A DNA stretch of 63,809 nt, the filler included, from Reclinomonas americana ATCC 50394 (lineage: Eukaryota): NCBI GenBank assembly GCA_048213135.1. It is 6 parts of 4 records of this genome, joined end to end, with 100 filler letters (N's around TTAATTAATTAA, not from the genome) between each part and the next. Parts side by side here need not be neighbours in the genome. Positions count along the whole stretch, not along the records: positions 61,494 to 63,809 come from PS015702.1; 5 more parts are not named here. One strand, 5' to 3'. Below the pieces are notes generated by a model. That model saw only the letters and a program-made list of their open reading frames with translations. It was not told the DNA's origin and made no database searches. The translations under genes and the position numbers were made by a program. Positions within the stretch are counted from its first letter, which is position 1, and each line of letters begins with the position of its first letter. Shown here piece by piece: positions 62,642-63,809 of this stretch.

Positions 62642-63745
62642 ATGTCATCTGCAACTCCTCCCTCCCTCCCTCACACGTGCTTGCGTGGACACGAGGCAGA
62701 AGTGGTGTCGGTCGCCGTCACTCACAATGGCCAGTTTATCGTGAGCGGGAGTCTTGACAAGACCGTGCGTGTGTGGTCGCTGGCAACAGGCGAGGAAGTG
62801 CATCGGTTTGAGGGACACACTCAAGCTATGTGGTCTGTCGCCGTCACTCCCGATGGACAGCACGTGGTGAGCGGGAGCGCTGACACCACTGTGAGAGTGT
62901 GGTCGCTGGCGGGCGGGGAAGAAGTGCGGCGGCTGGAGGGACACACCAAGGGAGTGACGTCTGTCGCTCTCACTCCTGATGGTCAGTTTGTTGTGAGTGG
63001 GAGTGGAGACTGGACGGCGCGTGTATGGTCACTGGCGAGTGGCGAGGAGGTGCGTCGGTTGAAGGGACACACTCGTGTGGTGCGCTCTGTCGCCGTCACT
63101 CCCGACGGTCAGCACGTTGTGAGTGGGAGTCTGGATAACACAGTGCGAGTGTGGTCACTGGCAAGTGGAGAGGAGGTGTTGCGGCTGGAGGGACACATGA
63201 CGTGGGTGACCTCGGTTGCCGTGTCACTCGATGGTCAGCATATTGTGAGTGGCAGCTTTGACTGGACTGTACGGATGTGGTCCATGGCAAGTGGCAAAGA
63301 AGTGCGACGGTTTGAGGGCTACACTGGTCCGGCATATGCTGTTGCCGTGTCTCCCGACAGTCGATACATGGTGAGCGGAGATCGAAACAGGTACATTCGT
63401 GTGTGGTCGCTAGCTACTGGCCAGGAAGTGCGGCGGCTAAAGGGGCACGCTGCTGATGTGTCTTCCGTTGCCTTCACTCCCGATGGTGAGCACATTGTGA
63501 GCGGCAGTGACGACAAGACTGTGCGCGTGTGGTCGACACCGCGTGGTCTTGCGCGGCAGGAGCTCCAGTGTGCGCGACTGGCGATGCAGGCTGTACAGGC
63601 GATGCAGCGAGGGAGCGACGACGATGACGACGACGACAAAGAGGATCCACGTTGTTTGGTGGAGATCGTGATGCGATGCTTCTTGGTGGAGGAGGCGGAG
63701 GTTGTTGTCTATCGGTGTTTCGCGGATGACAGTCTCCTGCTTTAA
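62642..63745 (+). CDS. intronless 7-repeat WD40 protein
   Basis: Seven 42-aa repeats GH…V.SVAVTPDGQ.VVSGS.D.TVRVWSL. Confidence 0.92.
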   Translation: MSSATPPSLPHTCLRGHEAEVVSVAVTHNGQFIVSGSLDKTVRVWSLATGEEVHRFEGHTQAMWSVAVTPDGQHVVSGSADTTVRVWSLAGGEEVRRLEGHTKGVTSVALTPDGQFVVSGSGDWTARVWSLASGEEVRRLKGHTRVVRSVAVTPDGQHVVSGSLDNTVRVWSLASGEEVLRLEGHMTWVTSVAVSLDGQHIVSGSFDWTVRMWSMASGKEVRRFEGYTGPAYAVAVSPDSRYMVSGDRNRYIRVWSLATGQEVRRLKGHAADVSSVAFTPDGEHIVSGSDDKTVRVWSTPRGLARQELQCARLAMQAVQAMQRGSDDDDDDDKEDPRCLVEIVMRCFLVEEAEVVVYRCFADDSLLL

Positions 63746-63809
63746 TGAAGATGGAGAGACGCGCCCGGGGACTCTCTCCCTCTCTCCCTCCCTCTCTCTC
63801 TCTCTCTCT

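Overview
This window is not one molecule. It concatenates six assembly pieces joined by 100-nt artificial linkers (N44-TTAATTAATTAA-N44, stop codons in all six frames). Pieces 1-2 (1-20450 and 20551-45933) are GC-rich alphaproteobacterial DNA, probably Hyphomicrobiales (Bosea/Methylobacterium-like; inferred). They form a heavy-metal and sulfur stress island or plasmid. It carries IS110/IS66 remnants, a two-component system divergent from a TolC-multicopper oxidase-cupredoxin-CusF operon, and an RcnR-type repressor with an atypical P1B ATPase. It also has an orphan Rieske protein, a resolvase remnant with a solitary PD-(D/E)xK-like nuclease, a porin, an amino-acid ABC transporter, copZA, a cus RND system, a MerR-MAPEG-cadA-lspA-CDF module, blh-bigR-yeeE, and an LD-transpeptidase-SCO-hisI cluster. 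Pieces 3-6 (46034-63809) are eukaryotic, probably a protist, with short spliceosomal introns and GA/CT/GT microsatellites. They encode a large secreted NHL/Fn3-like/cadherin-like/PAN protein spanning two pieces, a Sororin-like gene, an RLK/Pelle/IRAK-like kinase, the first exon of proline dehydrogenase and an intronless WD40 protein. Several apparent oddities are assembly artefacts: two zero-length N gaps and an inverted cusA middle. The best biological leads are the RcnR-controlled 'GACG' P1B ATPase, the apparent back-up copies of metal-sensitive housekeeping genes, a CutF/CruR-like leader ORF before the cus genes, the four-repeat CxxE CadA, and the solitary nuclease. All annotation is by eye from motifs; no searches were run.
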